Shown: positions 1 through 12,651, numbered from the stretch's first letter. The stretch is 64,000 nucleotides of DNA from Ramazzottius varieornatus (GCA_001949185.1 BDGG01000009.1:186001-250000); one strand, 5' to 3'. Notes: generated by a model from the letters alone, not told the origin. Numbers and translations: made by a program.

Positions 1-169
1 ACAGCTAGCTAGCTTAAACCGTTCCAGCTGCCTTCCACGTTGGCATTTGGGTGGGTTTTATCGTGCTCATTAGAGATATGAGGATGAGCTACCATGCAGA
101 TGGGCACGTTCGAGCCACAGGTCCACCGGCTGATGATATGATTAATAACAAGCTTGCTTGTCCTTTCAG

Positions 170-1668
170 GCGTATGCTGCAGTCACACCATAGCCACGGA
201 CATCACGGCCATCGCCATCACCATGAACGCCACAACGCCGCCACAATGGCACGAAGTCCCAAGGCGGCCAACGAGTCCACCGACAGGGAAAGGGATCACG
301 ACAAACCGCAAACTGACAGTGCAACTTCCGAGAAGGACTCCATGCCCCCAACCAAGGTTCAAAGTGGCACGCATCCAGCGCACACTCTGAATAACCCAGG
401 CGGAACAGGTGCGTGCTTCTTTCATCCTCACATTCTTCACAGAGAGGATTACTGGATATTGCGCTGATATTGCAGCAGCCGTAATGATATTGGATACTGC
501 GTGTTGTCACCCTCACGACCGCTACTAAAATCTATGCTTGATGAGTTACACGCGATTATGGTAAACTTGTCTATCATACTTCGAGCTGGCAACGGGCGGG
601 TCATTCATAGAAAAATATATCTCACTCTCGAGAACCCTAAAAGATAGGCTTCTACCAAGTGGAAGCTCGGCAAACGGACCCAAACTGACCGGTTTCCCGA
701 GTGGCGCACGCTGTCAGCCGATGACACCGAAAACGTGCGCCACTTTGGGAGACCAATTCGACTACATCGTTTCCCTAGCGGAGCTTTGAAAGACCTAAAT
801 TCTATCAAGCAGGAAAAAACAGATATTTCCCTTTTTTACAGAGCGGAAAAAAATGGCGGATCATGAATCGGATAGTTCCGACGGAGAATCGGATAGTGAG
901 AACAACCCAAATGCTGAAGAAGACAACATCAGCCTTGGCAGTTCCAAGTCCGCCAAGAACCCAGATAAACGCCTCAAAACCTCAGCAGACTCCCCGAGCG
1001 ATGAAACTGCAAAAGTGCCTCCTCCTTCAAAGTCCCACCTGCCAGTCGAACCCACCGCTCCTTCAGTTCACGGCTATCTTCCGCCAAACAAGATCCACCC
1101 CGCAGGTGGCGCCCCTGACTTGAACTCCTTAAGGCAGAACCACAGCGGCATGATGTCGATGCATCCGTCGATGTATCACGCCAACGGAGTCGGGCCTTAT
1201 CCCATGTACCCGTCGGACAATGCCTGCTCCAATGCTTTCAGCCAGTTCATGATGTCCTCTCCCGGTCACAGTCACAGCCATCCTTTTCCTCCCATGACAG
1301 CGCCACCTGCGGGAGGTATGGGTTCGCTGCCTTTCGGCACGGCTTCTTCCCCTTTCATGTACAACCACCCGGGTATGCTCAATCCATACAGCATGACATC
1401 CTTTGGACCAGCGCGGGCACCTCAACGCTTCCAACCTTACCAAGTTCCCCAGAACGCAAAGAGGCCAATCAGTGAAGCTTCCCAGCAGCGCCACTCCGAG
1501 TCACGCAGTGTCTCACCTCGCTCACACTCATCCAGTGTCAGTTCCACCAGCTCGCGCCAGTCTTCCATAAAGTCAAAGGGTGACGAAGCCGATTTGAAAA
1601 GTGCCACCAAAGGCCAGGACAAAACATCGGTGGAAAAGAATTATATTGCTGCACCTCGTCAGATATAA
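170..1668 (+). CDS. Last two exons (170-408, 842-1668) of a His/Ser/Pro-rich protein, probably a transcription-factor C-terminus (weakly Tbx2/3/omb-like); 5' part outside window
   Basis: Acceptor ttcag|g at 169, donor g|gtgcgt at 409 and acceptor ttttacag at 841 join ORFs 51..467 and 853..1668 in frame. Contains an HHSHGHHGHRHHH tract and a QRFQPYQVP motif resembling the RFSPYQIP segment of Tbx2/3. Confidence 0.6.
664..786. repeat. Palindromic GTGGCGCAC-N25-GTGCGCCAC element, 1 unit, intronic
   Basis: agctcggcaaac end; unit gagtggcgcac-25 nt-gtgcgccactt at 699-745. Confidence 0.9.
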
Positions 1669-1884
1669 TGGCTCATATAGGCACTTATTTTGAGTTATGT
1701 GTCATGTAGCACAAGAATTCAACTCAATCCCCGATGATGTTTTGAATCGTCACGCTCTATTGTATTAGTGGTCTATCAAGCATATAATAGTCTTCTTCAG
1801 ATGCATTAATTCTGACGAGAACGTAAATCTTTAAAAGCACGTTGAAAGCGTAAGCCATTTGGTAATGTTAAGGGAAGTGAAGAC

Positions 1885-3646
1885 TCAGAGCTCGAACGTG
1901 GGCGTTTCAGGGGCGACGCTAATAGCCGCTGCCTTGGTGGTAGATACGGCGGTAGTTGCAGGCCCAACGCGGCTCTTACTCTTCTCCTCTCCCCGACAAA
2001 AGAGAGCTCTGCAGGCTTTGCGAAAGTCTTCGGACGTGCCAATGTACAGATAGGGATTGAGGGTGGAGTTGATGTAGCACATCCAATAACCCACGTCTAC
2101 TAGCCTGCAACCGGGAGCCCATGCAGTTTCACACATTCAAGTGCTCGGCAAACAGCCTCGACCAGATTGATTGCCCAAGTGGCGCACGCTTCTACTTGAT
2201 GTTATTGATACTCAACGTGCGCAAGTTGGGAAAGAGAACTCGACAAAGTTCTTTTCCCGAGTAGCGCACGACTCAACACATATTCGCTAGAGAATATGTG
2301 CGCCATCTGGGTAGTCAATCGGGGGCTGGTCGAGTTGGTTCGCCGAGTTTCTCTTTTGTGTCAAGTTGAATTCAACTGTTATGTTTGGTGGTAATATATA
2401 TGATCTTACTTGCCGGGAAGAAGACCGGGGTAATGTGGGGCAACAGTAAAATAGAAGACCCAGGGAGCCCAGCTGACGACCGCACAGGCCGTTATCAAGC
2501 CCATAGTGATGAGTGAGCGGCGTTCTCGGGCTGCCTTCATCTGTACTGTCCGGTTCCTCAATTTCTCCGCCTCAGATAAAGTTGCGCTGGTAGCAACCGT
2601 GGCGGCCTGTGTCTTTGTTTGTCGATTTCGCATAACCTACATAGCGAAACCTTCGATTTCAGTAAGGCAACTGGTGAGTCTGCGTTGCACCTTGGAGGCC
2701 GGCAGACGAAACGTCAAGGTCGTTAGTTCACGTGGCGCACCATTCTAGCGAATTACATCGAGAGCGTGCGCCAGTTGAGACATGGCTCGTGAATGATTTA
2801 TTTGCCGGCCTCCCGCTTATCTGTTTCTTACTCTGGCAATGGCGAAGTTGCAGTAGATCATGACGATCAGCGGAAGGTAGTATCCCAAAACGGCCACCGG
2901 GATGGCGAACCGTACATTCTTTGTCAAGTCCCAGAAACAGTCGTGAGGCTGATAGACATTGACCACCCGATCATATATGTAACCTGAAACCAAATGAAGA
3001 CCTCCGAAGTATCTCTCGGACTGGAACGCGCGCGATGGACAAGCTTCTACAGACATCTAGAAGGTGCTAATACCTGGGACGTAACTAATGTGCATGTAGA
3101 CCCAGGTAGCCAGAATGATCAGGATAGTTGTCGTCGTAGTGTGACTGGTGCGGTATGAGATGGGCGAAATGATTGACCAGTAACGGTCGAGACCCATCGC
3201 GGCCAAAGTTATTGTCGATTCAAAAGTCATACACCAATCAAAGTACATCCAGGCCGAACAGAGCGCTGTACTGTAGGGCCACACTCCATCGTACATGTTG
3301 TAGATGGTGAAACCTGGCATGGCAATGACGCCCACCAAAAGATCTACCTGAAATGTTGACCATAGACAAATATGGTGTGGTCATTATTTTCAGATCGCCA
3401 TGCTTTTGGCTTGCGTTATGCACCCACCACTGCTAAGTTGAAGATGTAGTAGTTGAAAGCTGTTCGTAGTCGCTTGGTGGCCAGGAAGACGATACAGATG
3501 AGCGTGTTCCCAGTAACAGTCACGATGATAATTAGGATCAAGATGGCCAAAAACCAGTCGGGTTCCCGCACGAGGATTTCTTCGGAGGGCTCGTCGCCCG
3601 AGGATGCGTTCGTGGTATTGAAGGTGAAGTTGCTGACCACCGGCAT
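1885..3646 (-). CDS. Class A aminergic GPCR (muscarinic/histamine-receptor-like), 5 exons
   Basis: Exons ~3646-3424, ~3345-3061, ~2983-2820, ~2636-2411, ~2105-1885. TM1 GN (VTGNTLI), TM2 NLAVVD, TM3 WMYFDW...GLDRYW, TM5 YYLPL, TM6 SWAPW, TM7 GYWMCYINSTLNPYLY; N-terminal N-glycosylation sequons. Confidence 0.9.
2142..2350. repeat. Palindromic element, 2 units, GPCR intron (another unit at ~2730-2778)
   Basis: gctcggcaaac ... gttcgccgagtt ends with two arm pairs. Confidence 0.85.
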
Positions 3647-6038
3647 TTCCAGCAACTAGAAGATCGATCTACACATAACCTGACACATAGGCCGGGTAAA
3701 TGAGGGACGTAGGGATAAAGATTTATAAGTGTCCACTACAGAACGAAAGTAAAGAGGTGTGAGTGAAGCGGTTGTCTTGCCCTTGGCAAACACACGCAAC
3801 TGTCGTCTGGATGGGTGAAGGAGGCGACGAGGTGTCAGGTTTGCGTGAAGGACTGGTACGCTGTAATTGAATTCTGCAGAACACAAAGTAAGGAACCATT
3901 CATTGCCTCATCCGGTTTTCCGGTGAGTGCTGGTAACCAACCAGGTTTCCACTTCAGCAGACAGTAGCGCCATCAAAGGACAGACAAAACATGCTAAATA
4001 GATTACCAACCTAACAGCTAATTTTTGTACGACATTGAGGTCGCTAGTGGAACAGGAATTTGTTGTTATAACTTTTCTTTCCATCCCCCCCCCTCTGATG
4101 CCGGCTATTCTTCCCTTTGTAGTGTACCTAGCCTGACCCAACTTTGCACTGTTATATTTGGGAAGAGAAAAGCCAGAAGGATAAAGCAACGGAGAAACCT
4201 CTTCGGGAATCCAGCAGTTACCACATGCGTCAGGTGGACGGTGTCTATTGTATCACAAAAAGTCCAGGAAGATTTCGATCGATTCTAATCAGCCAGGGGA
4301 CGTTGACGTGATTATTGAGTTATGCGTTTACAAGAGAAAGGCTCAGGCTTTTCAAGTTCGGGCAGTTGCAATTACCATGGATGGGTGCGTGCGATCAAAT
4401 TGCAGCAGAACCTAAGATTCTGCTTTCCTTCACAGTGCGAGATAAGAAAAAGGTGAGGCGGTAATTGAGCAAAATACTATCAGTTTCGAAAATGCGATTC
4501 ATAAATAGGCTTGGCGCAGGCAAGGCATTTTAAGGCAATTTAAGGCAATTGAGTTCGGGCAATGGGCAATTTGGCCCGAATTTACCCGAAATTGCCGAAT
4601 AGCCCGAAGCTTACCCGTAATTGCCCGAGGTTTCATGTATCAACCTAAGCTACCGCGGTGCATTTCAGACCGTCGCGGTATTGTAGATGAAGATGTTGAG
4701 ATGGATATAGAATATCTGTTTGAGCCATTCTGAGACGCTATACTGCATGTGCTACGGCTTTGAGTGCTACGGCTTTGAGTGCTACTGCCCACTCTGTCCG
4801 ATTTAGACGGAGGTGTGTTGCGGCTACAGTTGGCTTGTATTATTAGACCAATGTTTTTTTAGGAAAACAACACAGACTTCTGTTAAGAAAACTGCTGTAT
4901 ACCGTGGAAGTGACTGTTCACAGCCTACAGGTGTACTGTAAAGAAAATGCCTGTTATGAGGTATTTCAGTATGAGAGTGCCGTTCTTCAGGGTCGGACTT
5001 CGAAATCTCGTTTCGAAGTCGTAACACCACTTTTGGAGTTCGGATGATGTCCAACTCCAGTGACTAGGTCTTCTCGCTTTTTTGCAAACAAGGTTCACTC
5101 AAAACGGTAAAGACAATATGTAGGAAGAATTCTAGAATAACAACAATGCATGTCTAACCAGTACCATTTTACGAATTTTTTGCCGCACCGTAAGCTGCAC
5201 CATCACACCGGCAACAGGGTTATTTTGTAGTGGTTCCCTTAAGGTATCAGTACCGAAAAAGAAAGCAAGAAAATTATCTGTCAGTGTGCCAAGGTGTTTT
5301 CGATCTCTAGGTGAAGTTTTGGAAAATCTGTTCTGTCCGGGCCGGGGTATGGGCGGCCGGAAATGCAAATATTCGTATATTACGATTTTGAAACAGCGTT
5401 GGTTACTCTGCGGGTCTTGACGTAACTTTGCAAAACTTGCAGTAACTTTGTTTTTGTGGTAACCTTGTTTGTGAAGCTTGCAACAATTTGTAAATGTTGC
5501 GGCCTGTTAGCCAAGTTTGATGTAACTTGGAAAAGTGTAACCAAACTTGGAAATGTTTGTGGCAACAATTTGCAGTAACTCTGTAAAACTTGTAACTTGG
5601 TTACGAGAAGGTGAGTTTTCGGGCGTCAGCATGTCACGGCCAAATAGAAACGATGTGGGCGTGGTTGAACAGTCCAATGATGTGCTGCTTAACACTGACC
5701 ACGCCCACCGGATTTGCTATTTGGCTGACCCATACTTCCAGCATAGCCACATTCATCCCCGCAAGGTTTGCAGCTTGTCTGCAAAACTTGCACTAACTGG
5801 AGTTACTATACAAACTTACGTCAAAAATCTGAAGTTACCCTAAAAATTTTGTCCCTTGTTCTACAACTTCAGAGGTTTGTTTGCATTGTCGTAGCCTACA
5901 CGGGAGTTTTTGCAGTCATGTCGCTAAGTTTGCAGTAACTAAGAAAACTGTAGGCAGTTCTCCGAAATTGTAACCGCATATGGGGGCTAACAAAGTTACC
6001 ACGAAACAATGTTCCTACAAGTTCAGCAATGTTACCTA

Positions 6039-8909
6039 CGAGGTAAACGACATAATTCGGACGGCTGTTTTTTTTCAGTAACTCCTGGATGGATTTCCAT
6101 CCTGTATGATTTACGGATCAGCAAATATTTTTTCCTAAAGCTCTAAACGGTTCTGGAGAAGATCCGATGGCCAGAGGATGAAATACAGGTCTTCGAAAAG
6201 AGAAAGGTCGCGCTAGTGCTAAACAGCCTTCGAAACTAAAATCAAGTAGGCCTCGAGAGGCGCTTGTGTCGTCGCTTCCATGAGTATCGTACACGTCACT
6301 CAGCTTGTTTTCAGGATTTCGAGCGTTGTGGACGGTATGAAACAACGCTCTAACGAATTTCCGTTCGGTGACCGTGGTCTGATGCAATACCGCACTGCCA
6401 ATTTTAGAGAAGAGTGTTTTCTCCCACGTTTTCTTGAGTGCCTTATTCTGCCTGAAACATACTGAGCCTTAGCAAGCTGAAGACTGCTTCTCAAGTGCAC
6501 AAGGAGCTGTCTGTAGAAGCAGCTCTCCGTGAAGTGAAGGACGGGGAAAGTCTGACCAGCGCTGCCAAAACGAATGGCGTCTCCCGTACCACGTTAAGGA
6601 GTCGGATGGAAAAGCCAAATCCGTCTCGCGTCGGTGCTCCAACCAAGTTTCCACCCTGGGAAGAGGATCGTCTGGTCGACTTTTTGATGTCATGTTCAGA
6701 TCAGAGAATCCCTTTGAATCGTTACCACTGTGTACAGCTGTTCTGCGAGGTGGCCATCGGTCTGGGTACGTTGGAACAACCGATGGAAATACTCGGTACG
6801 AAATAATTTTAATTTGCTCATTTGCTCATACTCGGTACGAAATAATTTTAATTTGCTCATTTTAAGTTTTCATTTCAGGCCTGAAGAACACGTCTGTCAA
6901 CGATAAGTATGTTCAACGTTTCTTATCTCGTCACAGCGATCTATCTCTACGCATCACTCACTCTTCGAACAGGAAAAAGGACAGAGAATGGACTGTGGAA
7001 CGCTTCGAAGAGTACATCTCCAAACTACAGGCCTTACGTGTTAGAGGATTCCTCGAGCGACCAGTGCAAGTGTGGAACCTCGAAGAGACGGCCTTCACCA
7101 CCTCAGAAATGTACGATAGTGTCATTGCCAGAAAGGGTGCTAAGCAGATCCCCTCGCAATTCGACGGAACCGAGAAGGAGAACGTGACTATCCTACCATG
7201 CGGTAATGCTTCTGGAGTCCAGCTCAGGTTTATGGCTTTGTATGCCGGAAAGGTCCATGTACAGTCTCGCCTGGATGATACCTTCGGACTGTGCTATCAC
7301 GCAGTGAACGCTTCAGGTTACATGGACCAAGTGCACTTTGCAAACTACATCAAGACGGAACTTATCCCTGCCGTCACAGAACTCAAGGTACGAGTAACTA
7401 GGCTATGACGTCAGCCTATTTTCTTCGTTCAAGTGAGAAATGTGCTGCGTACTAGCAGTGCTTCTGGTATGTCACAATGTCTTCTCAAGAAATCCTCTTT
7501 TTTAAGTCCGATCCTTTTTGCAGAACGTTGTTTTCGTCGATGGTCATTTCAGCCAAGTGAACAACTTACTGCTGGTCCGTTACTGCAAAGAACTTTACGA
7601 GAAAACTGCCAAGCAGGTGGAAATATTCTGCCTTCCGACAGGCCAAACAAATCATCTGCAGCCGTTTGATGTGTCTGTTTCCGGCGGAATCAAGAAAAAA
7701 TGGCGCATGTACCTTCGTGATCGTCGGCTGGTAAAAGGGGGAATTGTAAGTTGGTGAAACTTATCTTAATCGATTTTCATTTCATTGCTCGGTTGTTAAA
7801 CTGTTCCTGATCGCTTTCACGAATGGCGCGCGCTTGCAGCTAAATTTAATGTTACGCTGCGCGACTTTGGAACCCGATGTGGTCGTGTTTGTTTGCGGAG
7901 TTTCCGTTTTTTGTATGCACGGTTTCTCTAGAGTGATCAGGTTGTTACGTTTCATAGGTTACCAAAAATACCGTGCTGTGCCACATCGTGAAGCTCTGGT
8001 ATCGAACCGAAGGCTGGCCTGAAAAGTACGCGTTTAACGGAGAACAGTGCCTGAAGTCAGGTTTCGCAAAGGTTGGTCTGTTTCCGTTCAATCCGGATGT
8101 AATCAGAAAGAATGTAAAGGCGCATCAGGATCCGGAAGTCATTAGTCGTGGAATTCACAGTGGACGAGAGCAGGAGTTCAGTCCCCTTTTCGAGTTGCTG
8201 AAGGCGCATTACGGCTTGATGACAGAGAAAGATCTCGCTGACGTAAAATAGTTGGTCCTTCTAAAGCAGAACGGTGTGACTCCCGGCGCGGAATTAGCCA
8301 ACTCAATCCAGAAGGATCTGTTTGGGGAAGCTCCAAAGAAACAGCGACGCGAGACAAATAGGCAGCTGTCGTTGTCCGCCGGTGCTCTGATTACTCATCC
8401 AAGCTTCGTAGAACAACTGGAAAAGGATGAAGCTGCAAAGAATGCCAAGAAAGTGGCAGCAGCAGCCAAACGGGAGGCTCCTCCTTCCCAACCAGCGAAA
8501 CAGGCAAAGAATACTTCAGTTAAAAAGCAACGAAAAGCTTAACAAACCTTATTGTTCCTTAGCGTATTCCGCGAATTTTACCTCACTGATCATTTTCCAT
8601 CCATGATACCAGAATATAGACGTTGTGCCAGTTTTCCACTTACTTCTTGCGTGATTCTTTTATAATCAGATGTTGCGATCGCTTTCCGGAAAAGTAGTTG
8701 TCGTGGGGGAAGAAGCTTTACTCGATAGCCAGTGCGGTACTGCAAAACAGCGTTACCGCGAAACCGAAGTGCGGTACGGTCATGGGTGCGGTATTCGGCA
8801 TACAGTAAAGTGCCACGTGCTGCTACCTTATACCGCAAGACCGGCCGAATTATGTCCCAAAAACTGGCACGGCTGAATTATGTCGTTTACCTCGAACATA
8901 CTCGTTCTG
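6039..8909 (+). mobile_element. pogo/Fot1-like DNA transposon (Tc1/mariner/pogo group) flanked by TA
   Basis: Perfect 20-bp inverted repeat CGAGGTAAACGACATAATTC (6039-6058 / 8875-8894); TA at 6037-6038 and 8910-8911; encloses a DDE_1-type transposase. Confidence 0.8.
6495..8542 (+). pseudogene. Spliced pogo/Fot1-like transposase (HTH_psq + CENP-B-type HTH + DDE_1), decayed
   Basis: Exons ~6495-6765, 6879-7387, 7524-7745, 7958-8542. Motifs SLTSAAKTNGVSRTTL, FPPWEEDRLVDF, VWNLEETAF, FVDGHFSQ, LPTGQTNHLQPFD. In-frame TAG at 8249-8251 with the frame continuing; no clear ATG. Confidence 0.85.
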
Positions 8910-9510
8910 TAGGTAACTCTGTTTCAAAATTGTTATACAGGAATATTTACATCGCCGACCGCCCATACGAGGGGAAGAGAAAATTTCTATCGAGAAAGAT
9001 GAGGTTTTTCAGCTCTTCTCTTACGTGGAATTTTTCCGAGCAGGACATGCCTTGTTAAAACGGAAGCGAGTAATCGATGGCTTTCTTGTTGCTGAATGTT
9101 TCCATGTCAAGCGCATAATTTTAGAAGCGCTGGTAGCGACAGAAGAAATTTTCTAACAAGAACGTCAAAATTTTCAGAATCACGCTACAGACACAAATAG
9201 AGTCAGCAACTTATCGTGAGGCTGGGGTAGAGCTTTTTATGCTTAGACAAAAGACGACACCATACTCTATGCTCAGTAGAAAAGAAATGATCGAAATATC
9301 ACTTCTGACCAGAGACAGAATAGTTTGAAATAAGCGTTCTGAAAACGGCATTGCTGTACTGAGAGAACCTATAATTCGTAGTCAACTTCTTGTTGCGGCG
9401 CTTGTAGTTGACCATCGACTGCTTCCCTGAGATTCGGTGGCGAGTAACGACAGGTCTTGGACAGCGCAAACGGATTCGTTCATACGTCCAGCGTACAGGA
9501 GTTATGGGGA

Positions 9511-10130
9511 TGGGATGGGCGTTCCGTTTTCCGCCCCGTTCCTAATTCCGCCTGGAAAATAGGAATTTCGTTCCTTTCCGACTGAGCCCGATTTGGAATG
9601 CTGGAATTCCGAATCGGAGTATAAGCATCAAACCGGAATTCCGCTTGTAAAAATCAATTTTGCACAGTGAAACCGCCACTTTTTGTAAATAACTGGCGTA
9701 CTGTAATGCTTCAAGAACTTTGAAAACTGACGTCACAATAAGGGTGGAGTTTACAAGTCCTATGACGCATAAAGCATATGCTTACGCCAACGTCATTCGC
9801 CGAGTTCATGAAGCATTACAGGAGTCCCACACTGCGGGGAAAGGGCGCGGGAGCTCGGCAAACAAACTCGACTTGATTTGTTTGCCAAGTGGTGCATGCT
9901 TCCAATAGAACTGGCTGAAAGCGTGCGCGACATGGAAACCAGTTTGCTGAGCTTGTCAGCCTGGACTCAGCCGAGCTTCCGCCTGCTTCTTAGCCTTCTA
10001 AACTGCCGTACTGGAATTCCGATTTTCGCTTGAGCCGTTTTAGGAAACGGAGAATAGGAAAATAGAATAATTAGGAATGCCTTTCCGAATTCCATTCCAG
10101 GGAGAAGGTCCGGCGGAATGCCCATCCTTA
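9511..10130. mobile_element. Non-autonomous TIR element rich in GGAAT/ATTCC motifs, itself carrying one copy of the palindromic family
   Basis: tgggatgggcgttccg (9511) versus cggaatgcccatcctta (10114-10130) form inverted ends; family copy at ~9850-9955. Confidence 0.55.
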
Positions 10131-10439
10131 CGGAGAACCACTGAAAGCGTTCAGGCAATTACGGATAAGCTACGGGCAATTCGGGCAAAATTGCCCATTG
10201 CCCGAACTCAATTGCCTGCGCCAAGCCCAACGGCCATCTGCGCAGATGAATGAGCAACCCGATCATGTATTAATAGCAGGAGCAACAGCGATGACCCCGT
10301 ACCTCGGTCCCTTTTCTCCTAACATACTCTGAACCCTAACTGTCAAACCTAACAGCCTCGGACCCGAAGAACTGTTGCCCCGAAAACTCAGACCCAGAAT
10401 ACCGCCTTCCCCTAACAGCCTCGAACTCGAACAGCTGCT

Positions 10440-10632
10440 CTGCTAAACAGTTCCAGTAGGTTCGTTCATTCGGACGATTCCGGTTCTTGATGTACGTGTA
10501 GCTCCCAAAGACAGCAATATTACCTCCTCTGGACGACTTTATAAACTTCACCAAGCTTGGACTATTGCTGTCAACGGAGACAGAAGGCGTCTCCAGAGCC
10601 ACTGTAATATAATAAATACTGTTGTGGGCCAT
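10440..10632 (-). pseudogene. Truncated FLYWCH-type zinc-finger fragment (probably Mutator/MULE-derived)
   Basis: FIKSSRGGNIAVFGSYTYIKNR...TYWNC fits the N-terminal half of FLYWCH. The remaining C/H ligands are absent and replaced by repetitive sequence (10335-10440). Confidence 0.55.
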
Positions 10633-10692
10633 GGTACAAAACGTCCCTTCTACAGTACCAACACTGAATTTGACTAGAAACAGTCAAAAAGA

Positions 10693-11675
10693 CTAATGCA
10701 GCGATTCCACTTCATCACGGAGAACCATTACGGACCTCCGTCAGGAGCTCCGTAATGAGTGATTCTACTTTCGATCATTTCGAGTCGGTTATGACAGGAG
10801 AAGTGGAATCATTCATTTCGGAGCTCTTGACGGAAGTCCGTGATAGCTTCTCGTAACGACTTCTATATGACTTTACGTAAATTAAGAAAATTTCGAAATG
10901 CACCGCGTCCGACATGAGAGATAACGCGACACAACATTCGGTTGATTGAAATATATGGTGGTGCTGCTATTGGTGCTGCTGCTATTGTCAAGAATAACGT
11001 GGCGGAAGTTATTGGTGTGGTTATAAAGGACGTACTATTGACCATCGCGTTCGCATCCGTTCTAGCATCTCCATTATTGTAGCTACCTTTTCATTACTGT
11101 ATTCGTTGTGAATTTATGATAGTTAGGTATATATACTCGAATGAGAGGAATATACATGTAGAACTTTCGACAAGAAATTACGACAGTTAGTAGGTATATT
11201 CTACTTCCTCAGAAGTAGAATCAGAAATACGTGATGGGTCCGGAGATTGCTCCTCTCCCGAGATGACTTTTTCCGTGATTGTTTTTTCCAGTTATGGTAA
11301 TGGAGAACTTTCGTAAAGANNNNNNNNNNNNNNNNNNNNNNNNNNNNNNNNNNNNNNNNNNNNNNNNNNGTCATCTCGGGAGAGGAGCAATCTCCGGACC
11401 CATCACGTATTTCTGATTCTACTTCTAAGGAAGTAGAATATACCTACTAACTGTCGTAATTTCTTGTCGAAAGTTCTACATGTGTATTCCTGTACGCACA
11501 CTTAGAAGTCGTTACGAGAAGCTATCACGGACTTCCGTCAAGAGCGCCGAAATGAATGATTCCACTTCTCCTGTCATAACCGACTCGAAATGATCGAAAG
11601 TAGAATCACTCATTACGGAGCTCCTGACGGAGGTCCGTAATGGTTCTCCGTGATGAAGTGGAATCGCTGCATTAG
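10693..11675. repeat. Long foldback inverted repeat centred on an assembly gap
   Basis: 10693-10865 is the near-perfect reverse complement of 11503-11675, and 11146-11267 of 11370-11490. N-run at 11320-11369. Confidence 0.85.
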
Positions 11676-12651
11676 GGTACTGTATATCGTACCCCACCTC
11701 AGCGAGGAACAAGTACTCGCGGGAGGATCGATTAATCTGTTTCATAAATAGGAAATTATTGTTTGTTAACAATAATTGTTCTTAATGGTCTAGTTGATAA
11801 GCCTTTCTCACGTTGAAGGTAACAGCTGAGCATGGCGGACTGGACAGCGTATACGGGTTTTCCCCCTTATGTGCAGTATACATCCTCGTAGGTTTCCTTA
11901 ATGGCATTTCCGTCTTGGCCATTCGCCATGCCCGGCTGTGAGCTCCTCCCGTGTAACATTCTTGAACGAGTAACCATGTTCCGTGTTCGCAAGTTTTCTC
12001 GAGAAGACTGGTTGGTTTCGCTCTTTGCATTGCGCGAACTTCTTACCACCATCCCACCCTTCATGCTTTCTCTTTTTATTCCCAATGAAAAATGGGCGTC
12101 TCTGAGCTGGCAACCGGACCGTTGCAGCTCAGAGGAACTGGTGGAAGGCTGATGCGCCAAGCCGTCACTTCCGCCTCGTTCTCGCACTCAGACTGTAATG
12201 CACCTCTAGCAGCATCGACGACACCCTTCGATGCGTTCAGCTAATCCCGAACTGGCCAAATAAAACTGTACTCTTATTCCTGCTTATCGCGTTTGTATGA
12301 TACATTAACTGGGTTATTTGAAGATGTTGCCTATATGGTCCTGCGATTTTCGTTACGCACTTGTTCTACCGAAACAAGCACGTTTCTAAACACTCGATAT
12401 CTATGACGCAATAAGCTTTCTTTAGTTCGACACAAGCAGTTTTAGATTACCTTATCATTCCACGGGAGTCTTTGGCGTCGGATTACACAAACGATGACAG
12501 TGGGTAATTTATCGATATCAGCGCCCCGTTTCGGTCGCTACCGACAGAGTTCATCGTTATTTGTAAACCAAATTTCGGTTTTACAGGCGTAAGTGCCTTT
12601 TTCCATACTCGCGCACACTGAAAGTTTCAGCATCTATCATCGCCTGGGGAA

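Larger units (their letters stand above)
5347..8968. mobile_element. Middle non-autonomous TIR element with GTTAC/GTAAC-rich internal repeats, interrupted by the pogo-like element
   Basis: gtatgggcggccggaaatgcaaatattc..ttttgaaacag (5347-5398) pairs with ctgtttcaaaa..gaatatttacatcgccgaccgcccatac (8919-8968). Many aaacttg/gtaac motifs at 5400-6035. Confidence 0.6.
4508..10228. mobile_element. Outer DNA-transposon shell defined by long imperfect inverted ends (4508-4628 / 10151-10228)
   Basis: Left ggcttggcgcaggcaa...ttgagttcgggcaatgggcaatt..gcccgaatt..agcttacccgtaattgcc is the reverse complement of the right ggcaattacggataagct..ttgcccattgcccgaactcaattgcctgcgccaagcc. No TSD recognised. Confidence 0.6.

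Noticed and set aside
605-808. Many short ORFs containing KWRT/QVAH/SGA/VRHL peptides
   Set aside because: These are translations of the palindromic element in different frames, not a protein family.
4749-4785. 15-bp tandem repeat (gtgctacggctttga) and a 35-bp duplication at ~6790-6862
   Set aside because: Local slippage duplications within TE sequence with no sign of function.
11782-12187. Overlapping ORFs next to the foldback, and ORFs at 57192-57531
   Set aside because: No recognisable motifs; cannot be supported as genes or transposase remnants.
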